Of a stretch of DNA of 64,000 bases, positions 23,866 to 36,488 are shown piece by piece. The position numbers and the translations under genes were made by a program. The stretch covers positions 8,184,001 to 8,248,000 of the forward strand of contig OZ316775.1 in assembly GCA_973851085.1 (NCBI GenBank), in the 5' to 3' direction. The first letter of the stretch is position 1; each line of letters begins with the position of its first letter. The notes below the pieces were generated by a model. It was not told the DNA's origin and searched no databases. It saw only the letters and a list, made by a program, of their open reading frames with translations. The stretch comes from Ptychomitrium polyphyllum (Eukaryota).

Positions 23866-26151
23866 GCGCCGTGGCCTGGTTTGAATCATTTTCATTCCCT
23901 GGAAACTCCGCCGCTGAATGTCTTTCCTGCTCGGTGAATCTTTTCCATGTGTGTGCGCCATGGTCGAGCTTCTCTTCTTCAAGCTTCAGCGTAGGACTTT
24001 GCCTTTAGGCTCTGTAGCACCTAGCATTACTTTGAAGAGGTCGGAGAAGCTTTTGTTGAGGTTGAGCCTCGTGTACAGTTAATTCTAACAACCAAATTAG
24101 GACAGTCTAAGTAGTGGTTGGTGACTTGGTTTCAGGTTCTAGAGATAGTTGTAATCTTTGTCTAGGCTAACAGAGTTGCAATATAGAAGGACTTCGTCAG
24201 AGCTTATAACTAGCTGAAGGAGTACTGTATGCAGCTGAGCTTATTGAATTTACAGAGGGAGTCATGATTGCTCTAACTTCCGATCAACTTTTGCAATTGC
24301 GGGTTAAGTTAGTGACACTTGCATTCATTTGCACAGTGCTTGAATATTTCAATCCTTGGCACCAGTCTGCTCTTCGTATGCTTTCTAGACCGCTTTCTAC
24401 TATGTGTTGAGGTCGCGGAGAAATGTAATGGAGGTCTGGAACGGAATTGAATGAATTGTGAAATGATGCCAAATTGCAGTCCGACTTCCTCTTATTGTGG
24501 TGATGATATCTGGGGCGTGTGATCTGCGGGATTTTGCTTACGGTATATTCTCCCTATAGATAATTGTTGCCCGGATTGTTGGCCCCTTCCGCTTGAATTC
24601 CCTGGGAAGCGGGGATTACATATTGACCTACAGGACTTCAAGGTATATTCCTGTCGGTACTATTTAGAATGGCTCTACTAGCACTACCTAATTACGGTAT
24701 TCTTCCTGCAAAATGATATATCACAGAAATCGTGAAGTTGGTGATATTAAAGCAGTCCTTAGCTTCGTCTCCTTGGACTGTGACTGCCCTAAGTTTGTAC
24801 TTTACAGTGTTTTGCAACTCACAGGTAACTTTTAATTCCTGGAGCACTTGAGTTCTCACATTTTTTACCACAATTCTCATAATCCCAACGTCTGATAACA
24901 AACTTGATAGAGACTCAAATCATGTCCGATTACGGAGTACCCCTCTCATCAAACCAGCATTACGTCAAGCTCCACCCTTCAACTTTTTCCTTCGTCTCGT
25001 AACTAAGAGGTACTAGCATCTATCCCCATAAACTCCAACAATAGCAGAAAAAAGACTCCAACACGCAGTCCAAACAACGCTGCTGTTCAAGCATACCAGG
25101 CTCTATCAATTTGTCTCCTCGACACTACGCTCTGTAAAATGGCGCCACGAATTCTTAACAAACTTCAAAATTCCAACACCGTCAGCACAGTATCAGAATT
25201 CTAGAACAAACAAAGGGAAGGCAGTGGCTTGCAGGTGGGAGCGGGAGAGCTTACACGACAAAAGCTAGAGAGAGCAATGACAGGCAGAGCGCTTGCCGGA
25301 GCAGAAGCATTCCAATGCATACCCAAAACCATTAGTTCTCCTTAAACAGATAATATCTTCCAAAACCGTATAGTCAACTTCTAAAATCTAGAAGTGGCAG
25401 ATACGGTGTCGCATTTGCGGAAGGTGTCGGTTCTGCATACTGTCCACAGTTGGGTCGAGATTCTAGGACGAGCGGTGAGGTACCAAGGTGAATGCAGGGT
25501 CCACAGTGGAAACTCCAGATAACGCCCAGGCATAATATGCCTCGTTGGCACGCTTCATTCGTCCTACGTGGGACGCCAAGTCAGCATCTCTTCGCCTCAC
25601 AATCTTCCTGCAAACGCGACTTGTTTCTCTTTGAAATATCGTTTGCGGAGAAGCTGTCTCGTTCTCGTAGCTGCCAATCCGACTTCGATCAAGGCTCTCA
25701 CTCATGGCCAACGTTGTGATTGATTGCTTCACAGTTCTGACCACGTCCTCGCTGCTTTGCTGCTTCTCCTCCTAGGTTTTCTGTGTCCTTCACATGGCGG
25801 GACTTCGTGCTAAGAAGACAATCGATTAGGTCATGTTTCAGTTGAAGCCTTTCCTGTCTCTGTGCAATTGAATTTCTTTGCAAGTGAGCCTGCCTGTGGT
25901 TAGGGTACCACAATGCTGGGGTTTTGTGCGGTTTAGGGTTTAGGGCGATGGGATCTTGAGTTTTTGGAGGTGAGTGCAGCAGAGGGGGATTCGGGCCGTT
26001 GTTATTTTTGTTGAAGTGTACTTGTGGCCCGTCTTACTGTTGGTTTGTGTTGTTGTCAATGAGTGGATAGTGTTTGGTGTGATGGATGTAGTGGGGTGAT
26101 GTGAGGAAGGAGGTGGAGGGTTTAAGGGTTTGGGAGGAGGTGGCAGTGGTG

Positions 26152-29100
26152 ATGATGGCGGGGGAGCGCGACAGGGATCGAGGGCCGCGTGGGGATACGA
26201 GCGCCGCGACGTCGTTATGGATAGACTATCTGTTACTTCCGGAGAAGTTAGAGGAGCATCTTGCGGCCCTGGCAGCGGGGAATCTGTTTAGTCCGTCGCC
26301 GGCCGAACTTATCACCGTGTTTTTGGAGCAGGCGCTGCTGAGTCAGAAAGCCTCGCAGGGGTATTCGTTGCCTGCCGTTGCGAAGGATGTGTTGCCTGCA
26401 CCTGATGCTTGGACGGCGGTTACAAAGACAGCGGCATTGCTTTGTGAACGAGCCGCTAGAGTGGCAGTGTCGGCGAGCCTATCACTTGAGGAGATTGAGG
26501 CTTCAGTCAGCTCCGCTCAGCATCAGTTTATGCTTCTGAAAGCTCTTGTGAAGCATGACAAACCTCGTTTGTTGATTCATGAATGTGATTTGAACCGATG
26601 GATGCTACGGAATGCTTTGCAGTCCCATCCTTTAGGATCAGCTGCACCAAACGCTTCTCTTTCTGGGCCTCAGGTTGTTGTCTGGACATTGGGCGAAGAT
26701 GCTGCTAATCCTGGGGAAACCCTTGATAATGGATGCTGGTCTGTTTCCGTTTCTAGGAATATCAGTAATAGTGTCGTTAGGGGTCCATTTGAGGAGGAAA
26801 AGCATGCAATTGAGTTTCTTCAAAATGTTCTATCTCATAGGGACGGAGTTTGTTCCAAGGGGGCGGCTTCTGCGTGCAAATTAATCAGTATAATTGCACA
26901 GGACGGAGAGGATCAGGCTGAGGGTGACAATTCCGAAACAACCCTTAGTGCTCTTTTGAGCAAGGGGTACTGGTGTCAAATCATGCTGGACGTTGCTGAG
27001 GTGCACTTTATGAGAGGACGGATTCATGTTGCTCATGAGCTATTTACAAAATGTGCAGAGTTGAATCAACGTATCAGCGAAATTGATAAGACCTCAAGCT
27101 ATGGGAACTTCCCACATTTGAGAAGACTAAATAATGTAGAAGGTTGTCGTTTGGTATCATCAGTACCAATGCAGAGACTTGCGGGTTTCATAGTCGCCTG
27201 TCGAATGCTTCTGGGATTACACCCAAAATCCAATGGCAGCGAAGGAAGTCAGAGGGATTTGAATGAAATTGTACTCGAATCATCTTCCCTTCTTTCTTTA
27301 GGTGAGCCATCTGCAGCTCAGAAGATGGTAATTGCTTGTGAACGAAGCAGGTACAATTTAAAACAGAGCACTGAAGGAGCTCACGCGCTTGTTCGAAGAA
27401 CACCAGAGGACAATGACTTGACAATTCAGCCGCCATACAAGAAACTAAAGTCGTATCACGATTCAGAGGCGGAGGTGGCGACGAATCCGGAATCTCGCGA
27501 GGGTGATGTACTGAAAGGTGTAAAAGAGAATATTGATACAAGGGTAATTGGACCTCAAAGTAGTGAAGGTCTGACAGCAACATCAAGAAGTAAAGAATCT
27601 GAACACACGAAAAGTGAGAGCTGTGTACCTGAGGTAGTATCGGATGGTCTTGATGATGGTGTACCGACCAAGATTGGGGTTGTTGAATTAAAAGAGACAG
27701 TTCCAAAAGAGGTTGTCGTGGGAGTTGATGATTCGTTACTAGCCAACGATCCCATCACAATTTTTAAGGAGAAGGTTCTCAATAGAATGGGTCTGAGCAA
27801 ATCTGCAGATGAAGTTTCAAGTGCAGGAAATGAACTGGAGTGCATTCGACTAATCCGACATGTAGTTGGTGATACACTTGAAGGTCACTTAAAAAAGGGA
27901 TATCGTCTCTCCCTGGCAAGGGATCCTGGCATTTCAGCGTCTTTAAACTGCCAGCTCGTAGCTTGTAATGTCGTCAGAGAAATTGTTGAGAGAGCTCCTA
28001 TGCAGTCGTTTCTGCAATCTAGCAGTGTGTTTCGTGATAGTGTAGAAGGTGTCAAATTTTTAATGTCTCTTATGGCGGCAGTGAAGAAAAGCTTTGACGA
28101 ATCGCCTAAACTGTTTGGGAACGGTACCGTACCCAAGCTTCAAACGACTGGGCGTACGTACACTAGACAAGGCTTTGAAAGAACATTGATAGACCTAAGG
28201 AGTATCAATGACAGTAGCAGTTCAAGTACATATATATCTGAGTTTGCCTTGTACGTGTGTTGCGTTTTGGATAGACCTTGGTGCTGGGAGGCTGCTCTAG
28301 AGAACAACCTCATTAGCACTGCAGCGGTTCCAAAGCTCTTCGTCTCAGAACACTACGTGATCGGATGTGAAAAGTCTACTCAAGAGTGTCTTGCCGGTGC
28401 AGCGGAATCAAAAGCAGTATCCCTTAGAAATGCCGCTACTGGGTCTTCAGGAGATTCAGAGGACTTTATAGGAGGAAGATTGTCAAGCAGCAGTGCTCTT
28501 ATGAACCTTACAGCTTCTTCGGTAGCTCCAGCGTCAGGGGATGAAGTTGAATTGGAGGTCGTGTTGTGTGCACTCCTGGCTGCTGAGGAAATTTGGGAAA
28601 TCGAAAGACTTGTTTCAAAGGTTGACAGACTGAGCGAGGCTCTTTGGATGAAGGATAGTTCAGGTTCCGCAGGTGTACATTTAGAGATTGAGCATGTGAA
28701 AGTTGGTAATTATGGGACTGGCGTTAGGGCTTCACTTGCTCTGGATGTGGCTGCTGTTCTGCGCCGGCGTGCTTTCAATGCTTTAGACACTACTAAACAA
28801 CTTTGGGTTGCGAGAAAGTTGTACGAACTGGCTAAGACGATACATTCCAGAGATTATGACAGTATGATGATGCTGTGGCTGTTGGATAAAGTGAGTTCGA
28901 AAAGGGGTGCTTCTGTGAGTCTTCCAGGGCTTGAAGAGTTTGACAAAGAGACCTCACTTGATTTGGGTGCAATCGAGTACGTCCTTCTGAGTTTGATCGA
29001 GAAAGAACTTTGGAATGACCTGTCTGAGCTTTGTGAATGGGGGCTCTCGATAGTGAAGAATGGAAGGAGTACTGGAGGGGGTATTTGTACCGAGGTATCT

Positions 29101-30222
29101 CGGAAATGTCAGGGTACTGGCATTGATATTTGGTACAGAAGGTGCGTGCAGATTCTGAAAGTAGCAACTGTATTGGCAGAGCTCATGCAGCTCAGCTCTG
29201 CTCTGCTGGTACATAGTCATTACACTGAAGATGTGGCTCGATTAAGTTCAAAAACTTCGCAATTATTTGAGGATTTTTTATGTCTACTGGTCGGCGGTGA
29301 TATTGAAGGATCCTCATCAGGGACAGAGGATGGGAACCAATCATGGGGAGCACAAAATCGCAAAGTCGCTGCATTGTCTTTGAACCCCAGCATTCGGGCC
29401 GTTCCTCTTATTTCTCAGCTCACCAACTCGCGAGTGTTGATGAATCTGGCAAGCTTGATGGCTGGGTGGTTACAGAGGTGCAACATAGCCGGATTAATAC
29501 CTTGGTCGCTTTCTATTGAAAGATATGGAGCGTTGGCAGCTGTCACCTCTGGGGCTTCTCAGCCTCCTCCTCTTGGATCACTTCCTCATAGTGTGGGGCT
29601 ATTCACTCCTTTTCCTCTCAGGGTGGCTCCTGAGTTTGGTAGGAATCTTTTTGGTGTACTCTTGGAAAGGATCGTTGAGCTTCCAGGAGTTGTAGAAAGA
29701 GATAAGGATAAAGGTCATCGGTGGTTGCAAGGCTTAGCTGATCTTGCATTTGAAGATGAAGCTTATGTGAAAGCTCTTCAACTGTACTTACAGGCCGGAG
29801 GTATCAGAAGTGCTTTTTATTGTGATCGTTCTTCTGCTATGACGGAGGATGTATTTACCCAGTGGGTGCTACGGAGGATGGTGCAAGGTTGCCGAGAAAT
29901 AGGTGCAACTGTCCAGGCAGCTCTGCTATGCCAGAAATTACCAGGTCCTGACCATGAATCTGCTTTTCGAATTTTGCAAGAAAACTCATTGATAGTAGTC
30001 CGTGACGCAGTGGCATACTTTGATTGTGTTTGGGAGGTTCCCTTGCTGGAGCTCCTAGTGCACATGCACGCTAAGAGTGGTGACCATGAGCGTCATTCTG
30101 CTTTAATATCTCTTCTCCAGCAGCCAGCGCTCAATGCACACAATCCGCAATCAGTAAGGGTTGCTCATGTGTCTTCTCTTGAGCAACGTTTCCTACAACG
30201 TCTTTGTGGGGAGCTTCTTTGA
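26152..30222 (+). CDS. INTS8: Integrator complex subunit 8-like protein, intronless CDS (~1,356 aa)
   Basis: Uninterrupted 4.07-kb ORF. N-terminus SLWIDYLLLPEKLEEHL...PSPAELITVFLEQA and C-terminus ALLCQKLPGPDHESAFRILQE...YFDCVWEVPLLELLVHMHAKSG...QPALNAHNP...FLQRL match the recalled termini of animal INTS8. Confidence 0.85.
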   Translation: MMAGERDRDRGPRGDTSAATSLWIDYLLLPEKLEEHLAALAAGNLFSPSPAELITVFLEQALLSQKASQGYSLPAVAKDVLPAPDAWTAVTKTAALLCERAARVAVSASLSLEEIEASVSSAQHQFMLLKALVKHDKPRLLIHECDLNRWMLRNALQSHPLGSAAPNASLSGPQVVVWTLGEDAANPGETLDNGCWSVSVSRNISNSVVRGPFEEEKHAIEFLQNVLSHRDGVCSKGAASACKLISIIAQDGEDQAEGDNSETTLSALLSKGYWCQIMLDVAEVHFMRGRIHVAHELFTKCAELNQRISEIDKTSSYGNFPHLRRLNNVEGCRLVSSVPMQRLAGFIVACRMLLGLHPKSNGSEGSQRDLNEIVLESSSLLSLGEPSAAQKMVIACERSRYNLKQSTEGAHALVRRTPEDNDLTIQPPYKKLKSYHDSEAEVATNPESREGDVLKGVKENIDTRVIGPQSSEGLTATSRSKESEHTKSESCVPEVVSDGLDDGVPTKIGVVELKETVPKEVVVGVDDSLLANDPITIFKEKVLNRMGLSKSADEVSSAGNELECIRLIRHVVGDTLEGHLKKGYRLSLARDPGISASLNCQLVACNVVREIVERAPMQSFLQSSSVFRDSVEGVKFLMSLMAAVKKSFDESPKLFGNGTVPKLQTTGRTYTRQGFERTLIDLRSINDSSSSSTYISEFALYVCCVLDRPWCWEAALENNLISTAAVPKLFVSEHYVIGCEKSTQECLAGAAESKAVSLRNAATGSSGDSEDFIGGRLSSSSALMNLTASSVAPASGDEVELEVVLCALLAAEEIWEIERLVSKVDRLSEALWMKDSSGSAGVHLEIEHVKVGNYGTGVRASLALDVAAVLRRRAFNALDTTKQLWVARKLYELAKTIHSRDYDSMMMLWLLDKVSSKRGASVSLPGLEEFDKETSLDLGAIEYVLLSLIEKELWNDLSELCEWGLSIVKNGRSTGGGICTEVSRKCQGTGIDIWYRRCVQILKVATVLAELMQLSSALLVHSHYTEDVARLSSKTSQLFEDFLCLLVGGDIEGSSSGTEDGNQSWGAQNRKVAALSLNPSIRAVPLISQLTNSRVLMNLASLMAGWLQRCNIAGLIPWSLSIERYGALAAVTSGASQPPPLGSLPHSVGLFTPFPLRVAPEFGRNLFGVLLERIVELPGVVERDKDKGHRWLQGLADLAFEDEAYVKALQLYLQAGGIRSAFYCDRSSAMTEDVFTQWVLRRMVQGCREIGATVQAALLCQKLPGPDHESAFRILQENSLIVVRDAVAYFDCVWEVPLLELLVHMHAKSGDHERHSALISLLQQPALNAHNPQSVRVAHVSSLEQRFLQRLCGELL

Positions 30223-33200
30223 TGGGAGGGTGCAAACTCAAGTTGGTCGACGTACTTGATCTTGAGTAGATTCAAAAGCCCAGTTTGGCGCACCCATCGA
30301 ACCACAATAAGCAGCCACCTCGAGTTGAGACGAAGCTGCTCAAGCAACAGACAGATGCATTTGCCATGGGCAGCCCATAGTAGATTCCAAGGATACCTGA
30401 GATACGTGTGTAACGTGGTACGTGCTACTTAACCCTTTGTAAGGAGTATATTAATTGTAGGAATAAATATTGCTAAGTGCTATTATTGAAAGCCAGCCTT
30501 GCACGTGAGTAATCGAGCAGATTCGTAGCTGGCATCGATTGTCTTGGCATTGGGTAACTTTCTCAATATTATGATTTATATTTGACTCAGGAAGTGGATC
30601 TTGTTGATGATATCCTTTGGCCTCTCAGGAAGCACTGATATCTTATAATTGTCAATCTGCAGGATTTAAGAAACGTTTCTAAGGCGAGGAGAGTTCTTGT
30701 ATCTTTGAAGCAACTGCATGAATTGAGGATTACGTATGATCTTATATGATACACATGAACAAGCTCATTGAGTTCTTTGAAAACACTATTAGACTTAACC
30801 ATTCCTTGTTGGTGAGAAAGAAGAGGGTGTATGATACAATATTGTGTGAAACTTCTCCAAGCCTGGTCTTAAATCTGTTTCTGTGGCTCCAGAGTTAAAT
30901 TTTGTTCAAAGTTATATGACAGTGATGGATGGACAGAAGTTATTTCACAAAATTATTTAAAAAATAAAAAAAAAACACCTGCAATGCACAGATAGAGTTG
31001 TTTGTATACTCATCATGTTTGTATGATCCAATGGGTGAATGATCCAAGGTTCTTGCATTGAAATACATGCTCTAGTGAAGTGGATGAAACATTCTTGTAT
31101 TGAGATATGTGTTCCAATCATGAATATTCACATTAGTTGATTAAGAAATAGGTGACATCATGGATGAGTTTTTGGATAAGAAAAGGGTCTATAATTCTAA
31201 TAAATGTGACAATATAGTTGAGATAAAATACAAGAGTAGTAAAGAAAAGAGAAGATTTGTCAAATTAAAACTTGTAATTTCTAGATGAATTTCAAGATGC
31301 AAATTAATGCAATTGGTCCTAGCAACTATACTATTTTAGGGGTTAGATTATGTTGTAGAGCCTATGTTCATCCTTCAAACTTTATCTCCTTCAAACTTTA
31401 TCTCCTCCAAAACAAAAATCCTTTTTAAAAGACACTAATGCATAGTAATTATTGACATGAACCAATTATTAACCAATTAGAATTTTTGAAAGACTTGTGA
31501 TTTTTTAAATGAGGTCCGTGTTTGGCTTTCATAATTATTACAACTTACCTTGCTTTTGAAATGATAGCTTAGGTACATAAATTGAGTTTAAAAAATAAAA
31601 TAATCAATATATGTATATTTGTAATTTAACAAGAATCATACAACGTCATCTACAAAACTAGAAACCGTCTGGCATGAAGTAAAATCTTGTTGCAGCTCAG
31701 TGTGTCAGGTAATAATTTAAGTCGCACTACTCTGCTGTTGGGCTGATCGAGTCTTGCAGATCACGTGCGCAGACACATGTTTGCATGTTCATGAGCTTCC
31801 ACATGCTAGAGACAAACATGAATGGTCTGACTAGACGACGGCCAGAGGTCGCAGCTTTGCTAGCGAAGCTCAGATCACGAGACGAGCAGCAGTCCACGGG
31901 TGTAGAAGCCATGCAAGTTGTAGTTCTAGATGAGGTTGGCTGCTTCATGCTCTTGAGTTTGCACTGCAGTACTGTGGTTGAAGATTCGTAAGTTAGATGC
32001 TCTGGCTTTTACTTATGTTGTTTGGCTTTGTTGCGATTTATAGAAATTTCCTGGTTTTCCTTTTGTCGGGTGCATGTGTTGGTTTGTGACGTAGGGTAGA
32101 AGATTCTGGCAAAGGCAATTGCCTTTTCCTCAAACAGTTGGTAAGGTTGAAACCAGGGCAGCGTTTCCTTGTCTTGTGTTTGGCGCTACTGTTGGAAAAG
32201 GAGAAGGCTTGTGTCGAGTCTTTTAAATTTGAGTTGGACTACGTACTAGTCCCGCAGATTGGTCCGTTTGAGATTGGTGTTTTTCTTCTTGAATTTGCTG
32301 TTGGTTCTCAGATTATATATGTCAGTGGTTGCCCCTCAATATAGAAACTATTACGTTGAGTTGTTGTGTTTAAGGTTCAGCTACTAATCACGATGTAGTC
32401 GGTGCTAAGAGAAATCATACTAAGGGTGAGCACACTCTCTTGAATTGAATTATGTAGAGTGGTATGCATATATATATGACTACAATAGTAAATTACATTT
32501 AGATTAATAAATTATGCTAATAGATAAGAGATCATACTTGTACTCTAGTATAAGTTTCATTCAACTCCTTTTCATTGTAAAATAGTTAGATGAAAGGAGA
32601 ACATTTGATGACAAGTTCATTTTGATTCCCCTTCTTGCATCTATATCCTTTGTATTTTTTGTTTTATTAGATAAAAAAGATGTTGCATATTTATATATTT
32701 CTTGCACAAGTGGTGAAGGATTTCCAAAGACAAATAGAGTCTCTTTCAACGGTGAGTTCTCTATTTTGAGCTCGTTTTAAGTCTATTACAACAAATTGCT
32801 AAAGCTAAATAGGAGGAGTAAGTTAGGATTTGTCTTGTATAGACTAAATTATTCTTGATTGCAATCCTATTGTTAGCTGTTGCCATTCATTGTGTTTGTA
32901 GTCACCTATTGTAGTTTTTTTTTTAATTGTCTCATTTAGTAGAGCTTGGCTATCAAATTGATGATAACCATAAAGAGTTTGTTTATGCTATAATGGCAAA
33001 GGAAAATGGTGAGTGTTGATTTGGTGTAACTTGGCTTCTTCAAATAAAAGTGATAAGGGCTAATTTGGAATAGTAAGCTATTTGGCGCCTAAATTGAATT
33101 TCATTTGTGCAAATACTTATTCAATGTTTTGTTTTGGAACAATAGCAATATCTATGAATTTTATGTTAATACTTTAGATTCCAAAATCAAGAAAATATTA

Positions 33201-34482
33201 TGTTATTTGTGAAGGTCTTCAACCTAGTGTCTATTATTCTTGATTTGATCGTAAGTCTTAAATGAAAGGCTCTAGAAGTACCAATTATAAGAATTTCAAG
33301 TTTTTTGAAAAAGTTAAGAAGTATTTGACCGTTGTAGTTTAAGCTAAATTCAATATTCATTATTTTTCCTACACTATTATATTTTAGTAGCTATAGATAT
33401 TTTTAGGATTTGTTCTTATTTTGGTCTATTTTTATTTCTAATAGCTGGTGGAAGATGTAGAATATTTATAGCTTTTATTTTTTCAAAAAAAACTCATTTG
33501 TGATGTCTTTGTAACTTTTTATATTGAGTTTATTTCACAACTTTTCAAATAAACCCTTTTCCATGAGCTTTGTGAACATATTGGCTACTTGTTTGGTGAT
33601 TGGCACGGAATTGAATGTAATTTATTTTTTGTCCAAATTTTCTTGTGTGTAATGGAATTGGATTGAAATATGTTTGTTTTGTGGAATCATCTTGGAATTT
33701 GTGGCCATCTTCATAAATGCTTTAATGTCACAATTGAGGATTAGAGGTTTTTAATGATTATCCACAAATTTGTGTTTAATATTTTGAACTAAGAGAACTC
33801 ACAAGAATCTAAATTAATTGCTATTTATTTGATTTTGTCTTCTAGAAAAACAATCCAACTTGGATGACAAAAAAACAATCCAAGTTATAAGGTGTTTACC
33901 AAGGTCAAATATATTTCTTGTGGTGGATTTGGCTCCTTCTATGTCTCTTGTCTAATCACTATCAAGAGAACTACTAATTGTTGGTGACATATGTTTCTTA
34001 TATAATGTTCTATAATTTCAGGTTCCTTTAATATATTTTAGTATTCTCTTGGCTACTCTTAAATGTGGTTCTTGTGGTTTAGCCATGTATTTGCTTATTT
34101 GATTTTGTAACATATTGTATATCAAATCTTATGTGGCACAAGTGAATAAACTTGCCTATTAAGCATTTGTATAGAGTGGGATTTACAAAGGATTCAAATA
34201 TGTATGTAGAGAATTTGAATCTCTCAATCATTGAAGACACAATTTTCCATGCTAAATTGTATTAGAATATACAAGGCATAGGCTTATTTGAATAAATAAA
34301 ATTCCATCAAATACTTGGATTGACTCAACCTTGAGGTATAGTGCTACCTCTCCTTTATTCATTTTTGGACATTTCAAATTTTAATTCAAATTGATGTTTT
34401 AATCATTTGATTCAAATGTAATAAGTCCTTGTGAATAATATGTCATCAACATTTAAAACTAATGATAATATTTTATTTCTTG

Positions 34483-36488
34483 TGTAATGATCATCTTTTT
34501 ATGTTTGGATTTATAAATTCAATATCCTTTTGTTTGTTCATTTATTCCTAAGTAGACTTGTGAGTCCTAAAATTGGTTTATTTTGTTATTTTCTATTTAA
34601 CTAACCAATAGTAACATTAATGGAAAGAATTTGGCATAATTGGTAGTCAAATGGGTGGAATTACTTGTTAATGAGGTCTTAAGGGGATTTTAATATTATT
34701 AGGCTATTTAAAGAAATTAGACTAATATTATGGGCTTATCATAAAGTGATGGAATAATTTGGAATAGTGGAGAAGGGGGTTGAAATTCCAATTTTAGAGA
34801 AGTTGGAAGGATTAAACTAGAGGAATTACTAGTTGGATGTTGGAGATGGAGAGTAAGCCAAGGAGGAACCTTGGAGGGTTAGGCAATGGATATGGCAAAA
34901 GGAAGGAAGGCAAGCCATTAAGGCACGCTGGCGCTTGATTAGAAGGACAGCCAGTTTAGCAATTCAGGTAAAGGAAATCGGTGGATAGAGGGGGAAGAAG
35001 TTGAAACAGGGGAAGGATTTGGCATACAAAGGGAGCAGGACGTAGAAGAAAACAGACAATTTTTTAGGGAGAGTGAAAGGTCTATGAGAGAGGATCGAAA
35101 AAAGGTAGTCTGAGTGAGGATCAATCCAATTCAATCCAATTCAGTTTGGAAGAATTTCAGTTAAGTTCAGTTAAGGAGTATAGTTCAGGTAAGGTAGTGC
35201 AGTTAAAAGTGAGGAGTAGGAGTCCAATCAGAAAATTTAGTTGAACAGGGGAATAATCAGTTCGGAAGGGAGTAGGGAAGAGGCTGAAAGGGTGCAGCTG
35301 GTGTGAAAAGTGTAAATCAAGTTCGATACAAAAGGACGGAATCAGCATTGGTAGAGAAGGGTGCAGTCATACTGAAGTTTAGTTTAGGGGAACAGGATTT
35401 GCCCACTCGGTTAGACTAGTAAGGGCGGTTGGATTTGCGGCGAGTTCTGTACAGAGGCATAGCGGTCCGATTCAGCAGTTGGGTGATCAAGCGGTAATTA
35501 TCAGCTAATTAGGATTAGGGTGTAGCACTTAAGAGTCACTTAGGAAGGTTCAGCATTCGGATTTGGAATTTAGTGGTGGGTGTAGAGCTTGCTGGTAGTG
35601 AGTTACTGGAGACCAGAATTCAGCGATCCGAGAGTTGGAATTGATTACTTCAATAGTCTCCTAATTCCGTTGTTTGCGAGTAAGTAATCTGGGGGTTAGT
35701 GCACTATTCTTACTAAGTTCCGGAGCCAGAGTCTAGTTGTTGTGGAATTCAATAGTCAACTGCTCGTCCGACGAATCAGGACTAGCAAAGCAGGCACGGA
35801 GTTGACAAAGTCGGTTGGTTAGAGTTCTCGGCAGTGAGAAGGGTGTGGGTTCCCAAGTCGATTTGGAAGATTCTGTAACTGGGTTGGCCCTTGGTTCCGA
35901 CCGGCTTCACAAGCTCAGAACTAGGAAGTCGGTCTAAAGAACAGAGGCTATGAGCTGGAGGCTGGATTTCAGGCGTGGTGAGAAGGAGCCGGAACGTGTG
36001 ACTGGGTAGATAGGCAGTTGACGTGGTCAAGAATAGCGCGGCTGTATTCACCGTTGCAGCTACCAAGGGTGAACTAATTAAGGAAAGAATTCGGTTCAGT
36101 CCAAGCGCTGTGGGCTTGGAAGCTGGAAAATTGAGGTCGAAAAGGCGGAAGTTCAGCACTCACCTGGCAGGAATCCGATACGCTGCGCGGACCAGGAAAG
36201 GTTCGGTTGACGCTTCAACTGCGGGGCGACAGCAGCGGAGCTTCAGCTGCGGGGTCTTCATCCGTGACGGCCATCCTTGTCAAGCGGCTGTGGTCATAAT
36301 GGTGCTCATGGCGCTGGTAGTTAGACGTATGGCACAGTAGACTGTATGTGCCTAGCTTCCAAATGCATGCTAGATTACGATTAGTCAATTCACAAACCAA
36401 ACCATTGTAAGGGTGCATCAAAAAGTATAACCATGGAAGTATCTCTTTGCATGGAAGTATCTCTTTGCATGGAAGTATCTCTTTGCAT
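34483..36488. mobile_element. ~2-kb LTR-like insertion inside the copia pol; right boundary uncertain
   Basis: Begins TGTAATGA right next to the RT YVDD-like segment. It is purine-skewed, GC-richer, non-coding, and separates the copia IN and RT remnants. No TSD found. Confidence 0.5.
36432..36488. repeat. Tandem repeat, 3 exact copies of CATGGAAGTATCTCTTTG (18 bp)
   Basis: Read directly from the sequence. Confidence 0.95.

Noticed and set aside
25463..25913. Minus-strand ORFs (93 and 71 aa) head-to-head with INTS8
   Set aside because: Non-ATG starts, located in the probable INTS8 promoter/5' UTR, with no homology recognised.
35782..36421. ORFs of 68-125 aa inside the LTR-like insert
   Set aside because: No retroelement or cellular motifs; consistent with chance ORFs in GC-richer LTR DNA.
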